A DNA stretch of 63,292 bases, the filler included, from Octopus bimaculoides (lineage: Eukaryota), in NCBI RefSeq assembly GCF_001194135.2. It is 4 parts of 4 records of this genome, joined end to end, with 100 filler letters (N's around TTAATTAATTAA, not from the genome) between each part and the next. Parts side by side here need not be neighbours in the genome. Positions count along the whole stretch, not along the records: positions 28,857 to 58,680 come from NC_068981.1; positions 58,781 to 63,292 come from NW_026416728.1; 2 more parts are not named here. One strand, written 5' to 3'. Both the position numbers and the translations under genes were made by a program. Below the pieces are notes generated by a model, which saw only the letters and a list, made by a program, of their open reading frames with translations, was not told where the DNA came from and did not search any database. Shown here in pieces: positions 52,910 to 63,292 of this stretch (position 1 is its first letter; each line of letters starts with the position of its first letter).

Positions 52910-53216
52910 TATTGGGTATGACTCTAAGCTACATCCGGCAGCGGGTACCCTGGGGCCCTGGTTTCGGCGTTTGAGGAATGTGGAACCACCTCTTTGCCAC
53001 TATTGTTCCTAGATCTACTCTTGTCCGGAGTAGCTACACCTGTAAGGGTCCCAGCTATGGGTTAACTAGCAAACCCTTCTGCGACTGGGGTGGGGGCGGC
53101 GGTAGAATGCAGTTGCCGTATTCCCGGCGTGGCGTAAGATGCGACTAAAAGGAACGGGAGCGAAGGGATTGGGGATTCGCTCCTCCTAGTAATTCTGTTT
53201 CTTAAAAAAAAAAAAA
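52910..53216 (+). mobile_element. GC-rich SINE-like/retroposed element with A13 tail
   Basis: GC-rich island with several hairpins, ending in 13 A at 53204-53216. Confidence 0.5.
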
Positions 53217-53553
53217 GATATTCAATCGCCATATAGATATTTGGCCCCAACTCAGTTTCGGTATATATAGACTAGGCAAGACAATAATTAAATGCGTTCC
53301 AACTTCAATCGTTTCTCCCACTTTAAAAAAAAATTAGACTAGGTATATATAATCTCCCCCCTCTCTCACTCACTCTCTCTCAGCGGTAGGTAGGCTCTGT
53401 ATGCGGTGCGAAGGAGACTTTTTGGCTGCTATTCCTAGTACGTCGATCGACGTCATAGAGACTCCCGTTGTTTGAAGTAAATGGAAACAGATTTAATCGC
53501 GATTGCTGATGCTAGCGATAGATCTACGTATATATAGATGATACTCACTATGG

Positions 53554-53705
53554 CAGGCATGGGCAACCATTTTCGAGATCTGGACCACATGAGACATAGT
53601 TCAACACCTGGCGGGCCGCAAAAAAAAAAAAAAATTGGTGGTAATTTTTTGTTAGGCATGCATGCCATTCAGAAAGTTTTGCGGGCCGCAGTTTGCCCAT
53701 GACAG
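53554..53705. mobile_element. hAT-type MITE
   Basis: caggcatgggcaa ... ttgcccatg inverted ends, with an internal gcgggccgca motif twice. No clean 8-bp TSD. Confidence 0.6.
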
Positions 53706-54195
53706 CAATGTGCACTAATTACGATGACAGATTTGTGTGAAAGTAGAAATTATATAGAACAATGCTCTGTGTAGAGGTAAGGTGCGATGAGCGTTAGAAT
53801 AAAGGTAATCTGAAACTCAGGGAGAAAGAAATTACGAGCTGTTTACAAAGTAGAATAAGTTAAATTGCCGAAGTATGGAGTCTGATGTTTCTGGAAGGAT
53901 TCCACTTCGTGATCTGTATATATTTAGTTTATCGACATAGACCATCACCAAATTTCTCGAATTCAACTGTTTCACATTGATAGAAAAAAATAAGCTGTTT
54001 ATGATTTGCCATTCTCGTGTGGTATATCTGTGAAGTCTGGAATGCACATATCAACTCAAAGGACTGGAGTAGGTCGGGAGCAAATTTAACAACACAAGAC
54101 TGCTATAGGCCCACAACACACAAATTTCAACAGCACAGCATTGGTAAAACCATGGGTACATTTTTCCTGCCTGTAAGTCCGTGAGTGACTTTGAT

Positions 54196-54505
54196 ACTCG
54201 TGGCTTAGTAGCTAGGTTCATGATCATAAGGTCATAAGTTTGATTTCTGGCGGCGTGTTGAGACCATGAGTGAGACACTTTATTTCACGTTACTCCAGTG
54301 CACTCAGCTGGCAAAAAGGAGTTGTACCTGTAATTCAAAGGGCCACCCTTGTCACACTGTATGTCATGCTGAATCTGTCTGAGACCTACTAACGTAGGCA
54401 TGTCTGTGGAGTATTCAGTCACTTGCACGTTAATTTCACAAGCAAACTGTTCTGTTGATCAGATCAAATGGAACATTTGTCGTTGTAACCGACGGAGTGC
54501 CAGTT
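54196..54505 (+). mobile_element. SINE family C copy (tRNA-derived)
   Basis: A/B-box-like head gtggcttagtagctagg...aagtttgattt, body actttatttcacgttactccagtgcactcagctggc, tail taaccgacggagtgcca. Confidence 0.85.
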
Positions 54506-54747
54506 AAAAAGAAAAATATATGTACGTGTGTTTGTGTACATTTTTCATTTCTGTAAAAAATCAGTGAGCTATAAGCAGGGATGTTGTTGCATTTTGGCTT
54601 CAAAAACATGTGAAATACACAATTCCTTACATGAAAAATAAGTAAGAGTTAGCAACAAGGAAGGGTCCAACTGTAAAATAATTCCTCATACTAGTCTTAC
54701 CCCATGTTAGCATGGGAAATTAGACATAAAAGCAAACAAACAATTTT

Positions 54748-56462
54748 ATCATCATTGTCATTTAATATCTGTCTTCCATGCTGGTATGGGTTGGTTGGTT
54801 TGACAGGAGCTGCGCCAGGTTCCATTGTCAGAAATGTGAGTGGGGAAGAAGGTTGATGGGGTAGATCCCCTCATGGACAAGCATTACCAAGGTGGTTATA
54901 GGATATCAATTCTCAAGTACAATAAAGTACCAGATATCTAAGTCCTTTGTCATTTCCTTCGTAATGTTCAGTGTTTTGAGATCAGCTTTCAACACTTTGT
55001 CCCATGTCTTTCTGGGTCTCCTTCTTCCATGAGTTCCATCCACAAGTTCCATCCAGTTCAAGTGATTAGCACTTCTTTATGCAACTGTCCTCATTCATAT
55101 GCACCTCATGACGAAACCAGCACAGTCTTCTCTCTTGCACATTGAATCTAATTCCTCTTATGTCTAACTTCTCTCTCAATACACTAATGCTCTGTTGCAC
55201 ATTACACATCCAACAGAGCATAGCAGCTTCATTCATCTCTGTTTTCACATGTCCTCTGCACTCACGACCCATGTCTCACTACCATGTAGCATTGCTGTTT
55301 GTACATATGCATTGTGAGAGACTTTTGATTGCTGTCAACGGTAAAATCTCTCTGAACTTTCTCCATCCTATTCTATTCTAGTAATTACACTTTTGGTACA
55401 CCCTCCACTGCTAATTAGGTCACCTAGATAGCAGAAATTATATAGTACTTCTAGAGAGCCTATGGGATATTTGAGAAAATCAGTTTCCCATGTATCTGTA
55501 ATCTTTATGGCTCCTGTACATCTTTCACATACAAACACTACTTTCTCAGTTAACCTTCCTACTACTCCACTACACCTTTTCTGTATCCATAGCTTGCACT
55601 GGGTACACTAAATGGAATTCCTGCCTACACCTTTCCTGCATATCAAGCAGGGCCATTTACCAGAAGTGGTTAGGGTCCTGTCCAATTTCTTGCTTACTAA
55701 AACCTTGATCTTTGCTAAGTTAACTTTAAAATCCTTTGATTCCAGGTTTTGCTGCCGCACCTGGAATTTCTTTACTAGTTCTGTTACAGAATCTGCTATG
55801 AGAGTAAGATCATCATAGTAGTTCCCATGGACTTGCAGTCTTAAATTCCTCTGTTATGACCTAAAGGATGATCATGAATAAGAGGTGGATGAGGAATGAG
55901 CCTTGGTGAACACCTACCTGTACTCTAAATTTGTCTCTGTACTCATAGTTAGTTCTTACCTTACAAAAAGCACCCCTGTGCATGGCCTGTACTGCTTTCA
56001 TAAGCCATTTATTTACCCCTAGCTTCCTCAGAGACCACCATATCATAGAGTGAGGTACCCTGCCGAAGGCTTTCTCAAGATCAACAAATGCCAAGTACAA
56101 CAGCTTATTTTTAGCTAAATGCTTCTGTTGCAGTTGCCTGACTATGAAAATAGCATTGGTAGTGTTTCTGCCTGGGACACAGCCAAACTGCATTTTGTCT
56201 AGTCTAATTTTGTTCCTAATTAATTGGGCTATAACACTTTCCTTAACTTTCATCACCTGGTCCAGCAATTTGATGCCTCTATAATTACTTCTAAGAATCC
56301 CCCTTACCCTTGTAGCAGCTGATTATGATGCTGCTATACCAGTCACTGAAGACGATGCCTTCCTAAGTAACCTGATTAACTATACAGGTACTAAACCATA
56401 TCCTACATTACCAGATATTTTAAGCATCTCAGTAGTGACTCCTGATGGACCAGGGGCTTTCT
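54748..56462 (-). mobile_element. 5'-truncated RTE-clade LINE, decayed
   Basis: RT motifs MQFGCVPGRNTTNAIFIVRQLQQK...LAFVDLEKAFGRVP...VGVHQGS and C-terminal LREKLDIRGI...RRLCWF. The 3' UTR ends in a (gat)-like tail at about 54750. Confidence 0.92.
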
Positions 56463-56714
56463 CCTTGAAAGATCCTCTGTATGGTTGCTTGAACTGATAG
56501 AAATAGCCATCAAATTTCTTTCAAACTATATGCTATCATCTGAAAAATAAAAACTATATATATAATTAGTAGGTACCCTGTGCATGTAAAAAAAAAACCC
56601 AAAATTGGGGGGTACTGGATAGACATGACTGGAACACCTTTAATTACTGATCAGTTTAACCAGGACTGACCAGGGGGCTAAATAAATGAGTAAATGCTTG
56701 AATTCATAGCTTAA

Positions 56715-56815
56715 CCTTTAGCACACTGTAGGTGCATCATGTATGTGTTTTCTCTTCTGTAGTAACAGGGCAGAGGCAAGAGAAACAATTCTAGAGAAAA
56801 TCAGTGTGCTAAAAG
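56715..56815. mobile_element. 101-bp TTAA-flanked MITE (piggyBac-like)
   Basis: TTAA|cctttagcacactg ... cagtgtgctaaaag|TTAA: 14-bp TIR with one mismatch and TTAA on both sides. Confidence 0.7.
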
Positions 56816-58351
56816 TTAAATTCTGAGTTTCAAGACCCTGAACTTCACTTACATAAATTGTTCAACAGCATGCTGACAAGAATTAGTATTTCTCACTATA
56901 ATTTTATTTTGAATTATTTCTTTCATGAGATTCATTCTCTTCAAATCTGTCCTAACAATTTCTACTTAAGTTTTCTTTAGGCTATCTCTACTAAAGTTAT
57001 TTTTTAAACAAGTTACCTTCATTCACCATTAATTTGTGAATCCAATCAAATGTGATCCCTTCTAAAAAAGTTTTTATCTAAATCTCTAATATGTTACTGC
57101 TTTAAATCATATGCATTCTATCATTCTTGAAAATTAATATTAATTGTCCTACTTTAATTCATTACCAGTTGCCATAGATTCTAAACAGCCTCGGCTCTGC
57201 CCACATTTCATTACCTTGCAACATCATTTCAGCTTCTTGATAGCCAAAACCTTCTACATCTTAGATGCATCTGTTTAATGAATTGATGTATAAACATAGA
57301 ATATACCCATGGTTATTTTTATTTAATAGCATATTGTTAAACTCAAATGCATTATTACTTAGGACCTGAAGCAGATAGGGCATGTCATTGACACGGTTGC
57401 AAAAGGTGATAAATGAATTTTGACAAAACGAGCTGATTGAAATGATTAATCAAGCAATTGATTAGTTGATTAATGGACTGTTAACTAATAGTAATTAATG
57501 ACTAATTGACTGATAATAATTGAAAAAGTCAAATAGACCCAGAGTGTGTGTTTATTATTGGCATAATGACCTACTGAGATATATCAAACCAAATACAAAA
57601 ATGACATGAACAAATGCAGATTAAATGCAAGATTTTACTATTAATACTATAAAAAGTGACTACCATTTAGCAACAATCACATAAATACCTACTGACACAA
57701 TTTTCATTCATCCAAATACACTCACCAGATTTATAAATGAAATAAATACATTTTTAATCAAGAATTGAATTGTAATAAACTATAACCAAAATTTTTAGCA
57801 GTGCAAATCTTACATTTTCAATCCAGGTTTTTAATCCAGTTTAAAGCAATACCTATTCTTTTACTGGTGTCAGTTATTGGGTTGTAGTCATATTGGAGTA
57901 CTGTCTTTAAAAAGTTGATTATATCAGCCTAGAACTTATTTGATCCTTCTCTATCAGTATTTAAGGTACCTTTTAAATGCAACAATATCATACTATTTTA
58001 CATCAGCATACACAAACACTCAGGCACACATATGCACACACACACACATGTATATTACATTATTGTTATATACATTTACTGTGTGTATAAGTCAGTGCAA
58101 AGTACTCAATATGTAGAGGAAATATTTGCATTAATTGAATTAATGACTTTTCTAGGACAAATTCTTTGGAGGAAGAAACTGTATTTGTTCTGTAAGAATA
58201 AGTGCAAGTTTATATACACAGGATGTTCATAAATTATCTTTACAACTTCCATAATTTATTGTATTGTCTTGATGTGCTGCATGAAACCAATGGAGCCCAC
58301 GTGGAAGTGTTCTGATGTTTCTAATAATACTTTGCCAATAAACTCTTCTGG

Positions 58352-58570
58352 GTAAGGTGGCGAGCTGGTAGAAACGTTAGCACGCCCGGCAAAATGCTTA
58401 GTGGTATTTCGTCTGTCTTTACGTTCTGAGTTCAAATTCCACTGAGGTTGACTTTGTCTTTCATCCTTTTGGGGTCGATAAATTAAGTACCCATTGCGTA
58501 GTGGGGTCAATCTAATTGACTGGCCCCCTCCCCCAAAATTTTGGGCCTTGTGCCTAGAATAGAAAAGAAT
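58352..58570 (+). mobile_element. SINE family A copy
   Basis: taaggtggcgagctggtagaaacgttagcacg...gggccttgtgcctagaatagaaaagaat. Confidence 0.9.
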
Positions 58571-58724
58571 AAACTCTGCTGGGTTATCCTTGTTTTTCAT
58601 TTTTTCTTTAAATTTTTCTAAGTGTAAAGGTAATTTATAGACAACATCTGTGTGTGTATGTGTCGCCATGATAGATCGTTNNNNNNNNNNNNNNNNNNNN
58701 NNNNNNNNNNNNNNNNNNNNNNNN

Positions 58725-58736
58725 TTAATTAATTAA
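58725..58736. other. Artificial scaffold spacer TTAATTAATTAA
   Basis: Same 44N-12-44N layout. Confidence 0.9.
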
Positions 58737-59140
58737 NNNNNNNNNNNNNNNNNNNNNNNNNNNNNNNNNNNNNNNNNNNNAATGGAACAGAAATAACGAT
58801 ATAATCAAAACTAGTTAAAGGATACACCTTAAAAATGGATTTGTTTCGTTGGTCCTTTCAATTAAGCATGCAATGAACAAAATAAATGAATTCAGTATAT
58901 ATTCTATTGTAAAATCGAAGAAAACCTTAAATCGAAGACTAGATTCAAAATACATATTGTAAATAATTATATACGAAGGGGAAGGGAGAAGAGGAACGAA
59001 TTGTTTAAGGAGGCTATCAAAGTAACGAATAAAGAGAGAAAGGATACTTTGCGTAAGGAAAGTATAAGAAAGAGAGATAGATGACGGAATGTGTAACAAA
59101 CGTACATATAAAATAAAATTACATATATATATATATAAAG

Positions 59141-59187
<47 letters not shown>

Positions 59188-59279
59188 GGATAAAAATCCA
59201 AATTTATAGGTAAAAACTCAATTAAATTCAATTTATTAAAATTAAAGTTTCACAGTATAAAATATATATATATATATAG

Positions 59280-59969
59280 TTTTAGGGAAAAGAACCAAGG
59301 TTCATGAACTCATCAATGAAAATCCACTGTCACATATAGAAAAATTAATAAGTAAAGGCACAATAAATAAGTATAATATAATACAAAGTAAATATCATAA
59401 GATAATGATAATAAAACGACTACACGTGTTTCATAACCAATTTTCAAATAGAAAGAAAATTTAAATCGATTAAAACTATCGAAATTCAATTCTATTCAAA
59501 AATATAGCTAAACTTCAGGTCAAAATACAACAATAATAATAATCAAAGAATGTATATATCAACTAACAATAAATAACAAATGAATGTATATAAAATACTT
59601 ATTATATTAAGATAGAAAAATATTATTAAAAATATCAAAATTATAAACATTCCATAATCAACCCTACGTCCATTATAATACAAGCTAACAGGAATATTAT
59701 GCAAAAACCAACTTTAACGAATTTTTCGTTTAAAATACAATTTGAACGAAGTTTTAGTTTAAGATAATAAAGATAGAAGTAGCACATATCTGAACGATGC
59801 AATAGTTTAAACTAGAAGATTTTAGACTAAAACGTTTATTTAAAAGAAGTCTCGTGAAAATATTGCGTAAAGAAAAGGAATAGAATAAATAGATATAAAA
59901 ATATGAATAAAAATTTTATTATGAATGAAAGATTAAACTTTATATAACTTAAGTCATAATAAAACAATT
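59280..59969 (-). mobile_element. AT-rich repeat, possibly a PLE pseudo-LTR
   Basis: Very AT-rich. Contains GAAACACGTGTA on the minus strand (minimal hammerhead stem III signature). Confidence 0.3.
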
Positions 59970-60621
59970 NNNNNNNNNNNNNNNNNNNNNNNNNNNNNNN
60001 NNNNNNNNNNNNNNNNNNNNNNNNNNNNNNNNNNNNNNNNNNNNNNNNNNNNNNNNNNNNNNNNNNNNNNNNNNNNNNNNNNNNNNNNNNNNNNNNNNNN
60101 NNNNNNNNNNNNNNNNNNNNNNNNNNNNNNNNNNNNNNNNNNNNNNNNNNNNNNNNNNNNNNNNNNNNNNNNNNNNNNNNNNNNNNNNNNNNNNNNNNNN
60201 NNNNNNNNNNNNNNNNNNNNNNNNNNNNNNNNNNNNNNNNNNNNNNNNNNNNNNNNNNNNNNNNNNNNNNNNNNNNNNNNNNNNNNNNNNNNNNNNNNNN
60301 NNNNNNNNNNNNNNNNNNNNNNNNNNNNNNNNNNNNNNNNNNNNNNNNNNNNNNNNNNNNNNNNNNNNNNNNNNNNNNNNNNNNNNNNNNNNNNNNNNNN
60401 NNNNNNNNNNNNNNNNNNNNNNNNNNNNNNNNNNNNNNNNNNNNNNNNNNNNNNNNNNNNNNNNNNNNNNNNNNNNNNNNNNNNNNNNNNNNNNNNNNNN
60501 NNNNNNNNNNNNNNNNNNNNNNNNNNNNNNNNNNNNNNNNNNNNNNNNNNNNNNNNNNNNNNNNNNNNNNNNNNNNNNNNNNNNNNNNNNNNNNNNNNNN
60601 NNNNNNNNNNNNNNNNNNNNN

Positions 60622-61008
60622 TGACTAGTGACCGTTGGAGATATGCTGTGCTTGAGAAGACCCGACAAGCCAAGTGAGACCATAACCCGTGGCCTGTGCC
60701 AGTGGTTATAAACTTTGCTTACGAAGACCTGTTGAGGCAGGTGAAATCAAGATCAGTGACATGGCCGATGACAGTACCGCCTGATTGGCACTCGTGCCAG
60801 TGAAACGCTAAAAGCACCATCCGAGCGTGATCGTTGCCATGGCCGCTGACTGGCTCTCGTGCCGGTGGCACGCAAAAAGCACCATTCGAGCGTGATTGTT
60901 GCCAGCGTCGCGTTTCTGGCACATATGGCGGTGGCACGTGAAAAACAACATTCGAGCGTGGTTGTTGCCAGTGCCGCCGGACTGGCTCCTGTGCAGATGA
61001 TGATGATA
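60622..61008 (+). mobile_element. RTE LINE 3' end with three about 65-bp tandem units
   Basis: RWRYAVLEKTRQAK* then three units built on gtggcacg.aaaagcaccattcgagcgtg..gttgcca (60796-60992), ending in gatgatgat. Confidence 0.7.
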
Positions 61009-61409
61009 TATATATAAAATAAATAAACAGCAAACTTCGATATTTGTACATAAATATGGAAGCTAAAACATGTTTAGAGTTTATCTTGCATATGCTGGCA
61101 ATGTAGGAATACAATATTACCAATATCGTTTGTCTCTCATTACATATTTTATATTAGCTTTTTATTGTTCTATGAAATATGATATTATTTATCATGCTAA
61201 TGGCATCTTAAAGATATTTAAATTTTAAACAAATGTTTTTTTCTGTGACATTAAATATGTGTGTCTCTATTTTTACTTAACAGTTCATTCCTTAATAGTT
61301 TGGCAAGTTATGTTAATGTCATGCTTCCGGTGATGAGGGGCACAAAAAGAGGAGAAGAAACTACTCAAGTTATCTTTCTATCTGCTAGAATCATGTCAAA
61401 AAATAGTGA

Positions 61410-61720
61410 AGGTGCGTGGCTTAGTGGTTAGTGTATTTGGCCCATGATCATTAGGTCATGAGTTCAATCTGTAGAGTCCTTGAGCAAGATACTTTATTTC
61501 ACGTTGCTCCAGTCCACTCAGCTGGCAAAAATGAGTTGTACCTGTATTTCAACGGCCGACCTCATCACACTTTCTGTCATGCTCAACCTCCCTGATAACT
61601 ACGTTAAGGGTACACATGTCTGTGGAGTGCTCAGCCACTTACACATTAATTTCATGAGTAGGCTGTTCTGTTGGTCAGATGTACTGGAACCCTTGCGGTC
61701 GTAACTGACGGAGTGTCACC
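61410..61720 (+). mobile_element. SINE family C copy
   Basis: ggtgcgtggcttagtggttag...gagttcaatc head and the same body as 54196-54505. Confidence 0.85.
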
Positions 61721-61767
61721 TATTAATAAAAAATATTATTAACATTCATTTAATATTCCTCTTTTAT

Positions 61768-61938
61768 ATTGGCATAAGGCCAGTAATCTGGTGGAGAGGG
61801 GGGAAGTCGATTAGATTCCCCACCACCACCACCAGTGCTTGACTGGTACTTATTTTATCTACTTCAAAAGGATTAAAGGTGAAGATGACTGTAGCAGAAT
61901 TTGAACCCAGGATGTAAAGATGAACAAATGCTTCTAAG
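61768..61938 (-). mobile_element. SINE family A copy abutting the mariner
   Basis: Family A reverse pattern ending at the TA target of the mariner. Confidence 0.75.
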
Positions 61939-61940
61939 TA

Positions 61941-63228
61941 TCAGGTCATCCATAAGTTCTGTCCGATTTTACCTTTTTTAAAATTGAATGAAATTTAATA
62001 GTATTTTAGAAAGTCTAATGGAATTAAAAATTATTTTTATGCATTTGTGTACATTTAAACTAATTAAATATTATTTTACAGAATAATAGAATTAAAACTT
62101 CTTTGATTAAAACTCTTTCTAACATGAAAGTATCCAAAGAGAATTTGAGGCACATAATGCTTTATGAGTACAAAAAAGAAAACTCTGCTGCCGAAGCAAC
62201 TCGAAACATACACTCAGTTTGTGGGAAAGAATGCTTGAATGAAAGAACTTGCAGAAGATGGTTTTGCAAAATTCAGAAGTGGAAATTTCAGCCTTATGGA
62301 TGAAGATTGAACAGGACGTCCAGTTGAGTTTGATGATAAGCTCCTTGAGGCATTACTTGAAGAAAATCCTGCATTATCAGTTGAAGAATTGGCAATAAAG
62401 CTTAGTTCAAACCATACAACTGTTCATCGTCATCTTCAACAACTTGGAAAGGTTCCTAAACTTGGAAAATGGGTGTCTCATGAATTGTCCGAAAGCAACT
62501 GCAAATCCCAAGTTGACATCTACTCTTCTCTCCATTCTTGTGAACTCGTTTCACCCTTTTTGGATAAACTTGTGACTGGGGACGGAAAATGGATCTTCTA
62601 TCGAAATGTTAAACGTCGTAAACAGTGACTTGGTAAAAGGGAAAAAGCTCAACCACAACCGAGGAGGGAATTTCATGGGAAAAAAGGTTCTTCTCTCTAT
62701 CTGGTGGGATTGCAAAGGAGTAATTCACTTTGAATTGTTACCACCTAATGCAACAATCAATGCTCAAGTCTACTGTCAGCAATTAGAGCGTTTGAACCCA
62801 GTTTTGAAGAAAAAAGACCCGCTTTAGTAAATCGAAGAGGAGTAATGTTTCATCAGGACAATGCGCGACCCCACACTGCAAAGATCATATCACAGAAGAT
62901 CAAAGAGCTTGGTTGGGAAAAAATTCCTCATCTACCTTATTCTCCCGACCTCGCTCCTTCAGACTACCATTTGTTTCGTAGTTTACAGAATCATTTGGGG
63001 GACATAACTTTCGCAAGCCAGGAGGAGGTCGAAACTGACATTTCAGAGTTCTTCGCTTTGAAACCAAAAGAGTTTTACATTGATGGGATTAAAAAGCTTG
63101 TAAATAGATGGAAGGAAGTCATAGATAATCAGGGAAAGTACATTGATGATTAAATTTCAATTAAATATAACATATGATCACTTGTTTTCTTTATTCAAAA
63201 CTCGGACAGAACTTATGGGATGACCTGA
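61941..63228 (+). mobile_element. Full-length mariner (Tc1/mariner, D,D34D) transposon, disrupted
   Basis: 1288 bp. TIRs tcaggtcatcc(c)ataagttctgtccga at 61941-61966 and its reverse complement at 63202-63228, with TA on both flanks. Contains transposase motifs. Confidence 0.95.
62124..63153 (+). pseudogene. Mariner transposase pseudogene
   Basis: MKVSKENLRHIMLYEYKK HTH, WVSHEL (WVPHEL-like), TGDGKWIF, HQDNARPH...YSPDLAPSDY with 34 residues between the last two Asp. Split over four ORFs by frameshifts and stops. Confidence 0.92.
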
Positions 63229-63237
63229 TATATGTAT

Positions 63238-63292
63238 GTGAGGCTGTGTGGTTAGTAGCTTGCTTTCCAACCACATGGTTCTGGGTTCAGTC
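63238..63292 (+). mobile_element. SINE family B head (runs off the window)
   Basis: ggctgtgtggttagtagcttgctttccaaccacatggttctgggttcagtc. Confidence 0.75.

Noticed and set aside
52952-53052. HDV-like ribozyme using GGGGCCC/GGGTCCC as P1
   Set aside because: P3/L3, P1.1 and P2 could not be placed in the required order.
58835-58865. TTGAAAGGACCAACGAAAC (minus) as a hammerhead
   Set aside because: The core is mismatched and there is no stem III or NUH triplet.
61410-61470. tRNA genes at SINE heads (also 38690, 42852, 54196)
   Set aside because: Only A/B-box-like remnants without a full cloverleaf, each continuing into a SINE body.

Overview
Repeat-dense, AT-rich, gappy animal genomic DNA. The SINE families, RTE 3' ends and microsatellite load point to a cephalopod, most likely an Octopus scaffold (inference). 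No long intact host CDS is visible, and most of the ORF track is microsatellite or N-gap noise. Supported content: one full-length but disrupted mariner (61941-63228), several mariner/Tc1/hAT remnants, RTE LINE fragments, Penelope-like (PLE) retroelement fragments including an open GIY-YIG domain, many tRNA-type SINE copies, MITEs, and micro/minisatellites. The best non-obvious signal is a near-canonical type I hammerhead ribozyme on the minus strand (19536-19614). It sits in a cluster of further decayed hammerhead cores with an inverted-repeat-bounded segment nearby. CpG-depleted blocks (about 33.5-48.2 kb and 54-58.7 kb) flank a CpG-retaining block (about 48.4-53.7 kb), suggesting methylated gene bodies around a divergent promoter. 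Exon models there are tentative and unidentified. Three 100-bp gaps carry an artificial TTAATTAATTAA spacer, so contiguity across them is uncertain.
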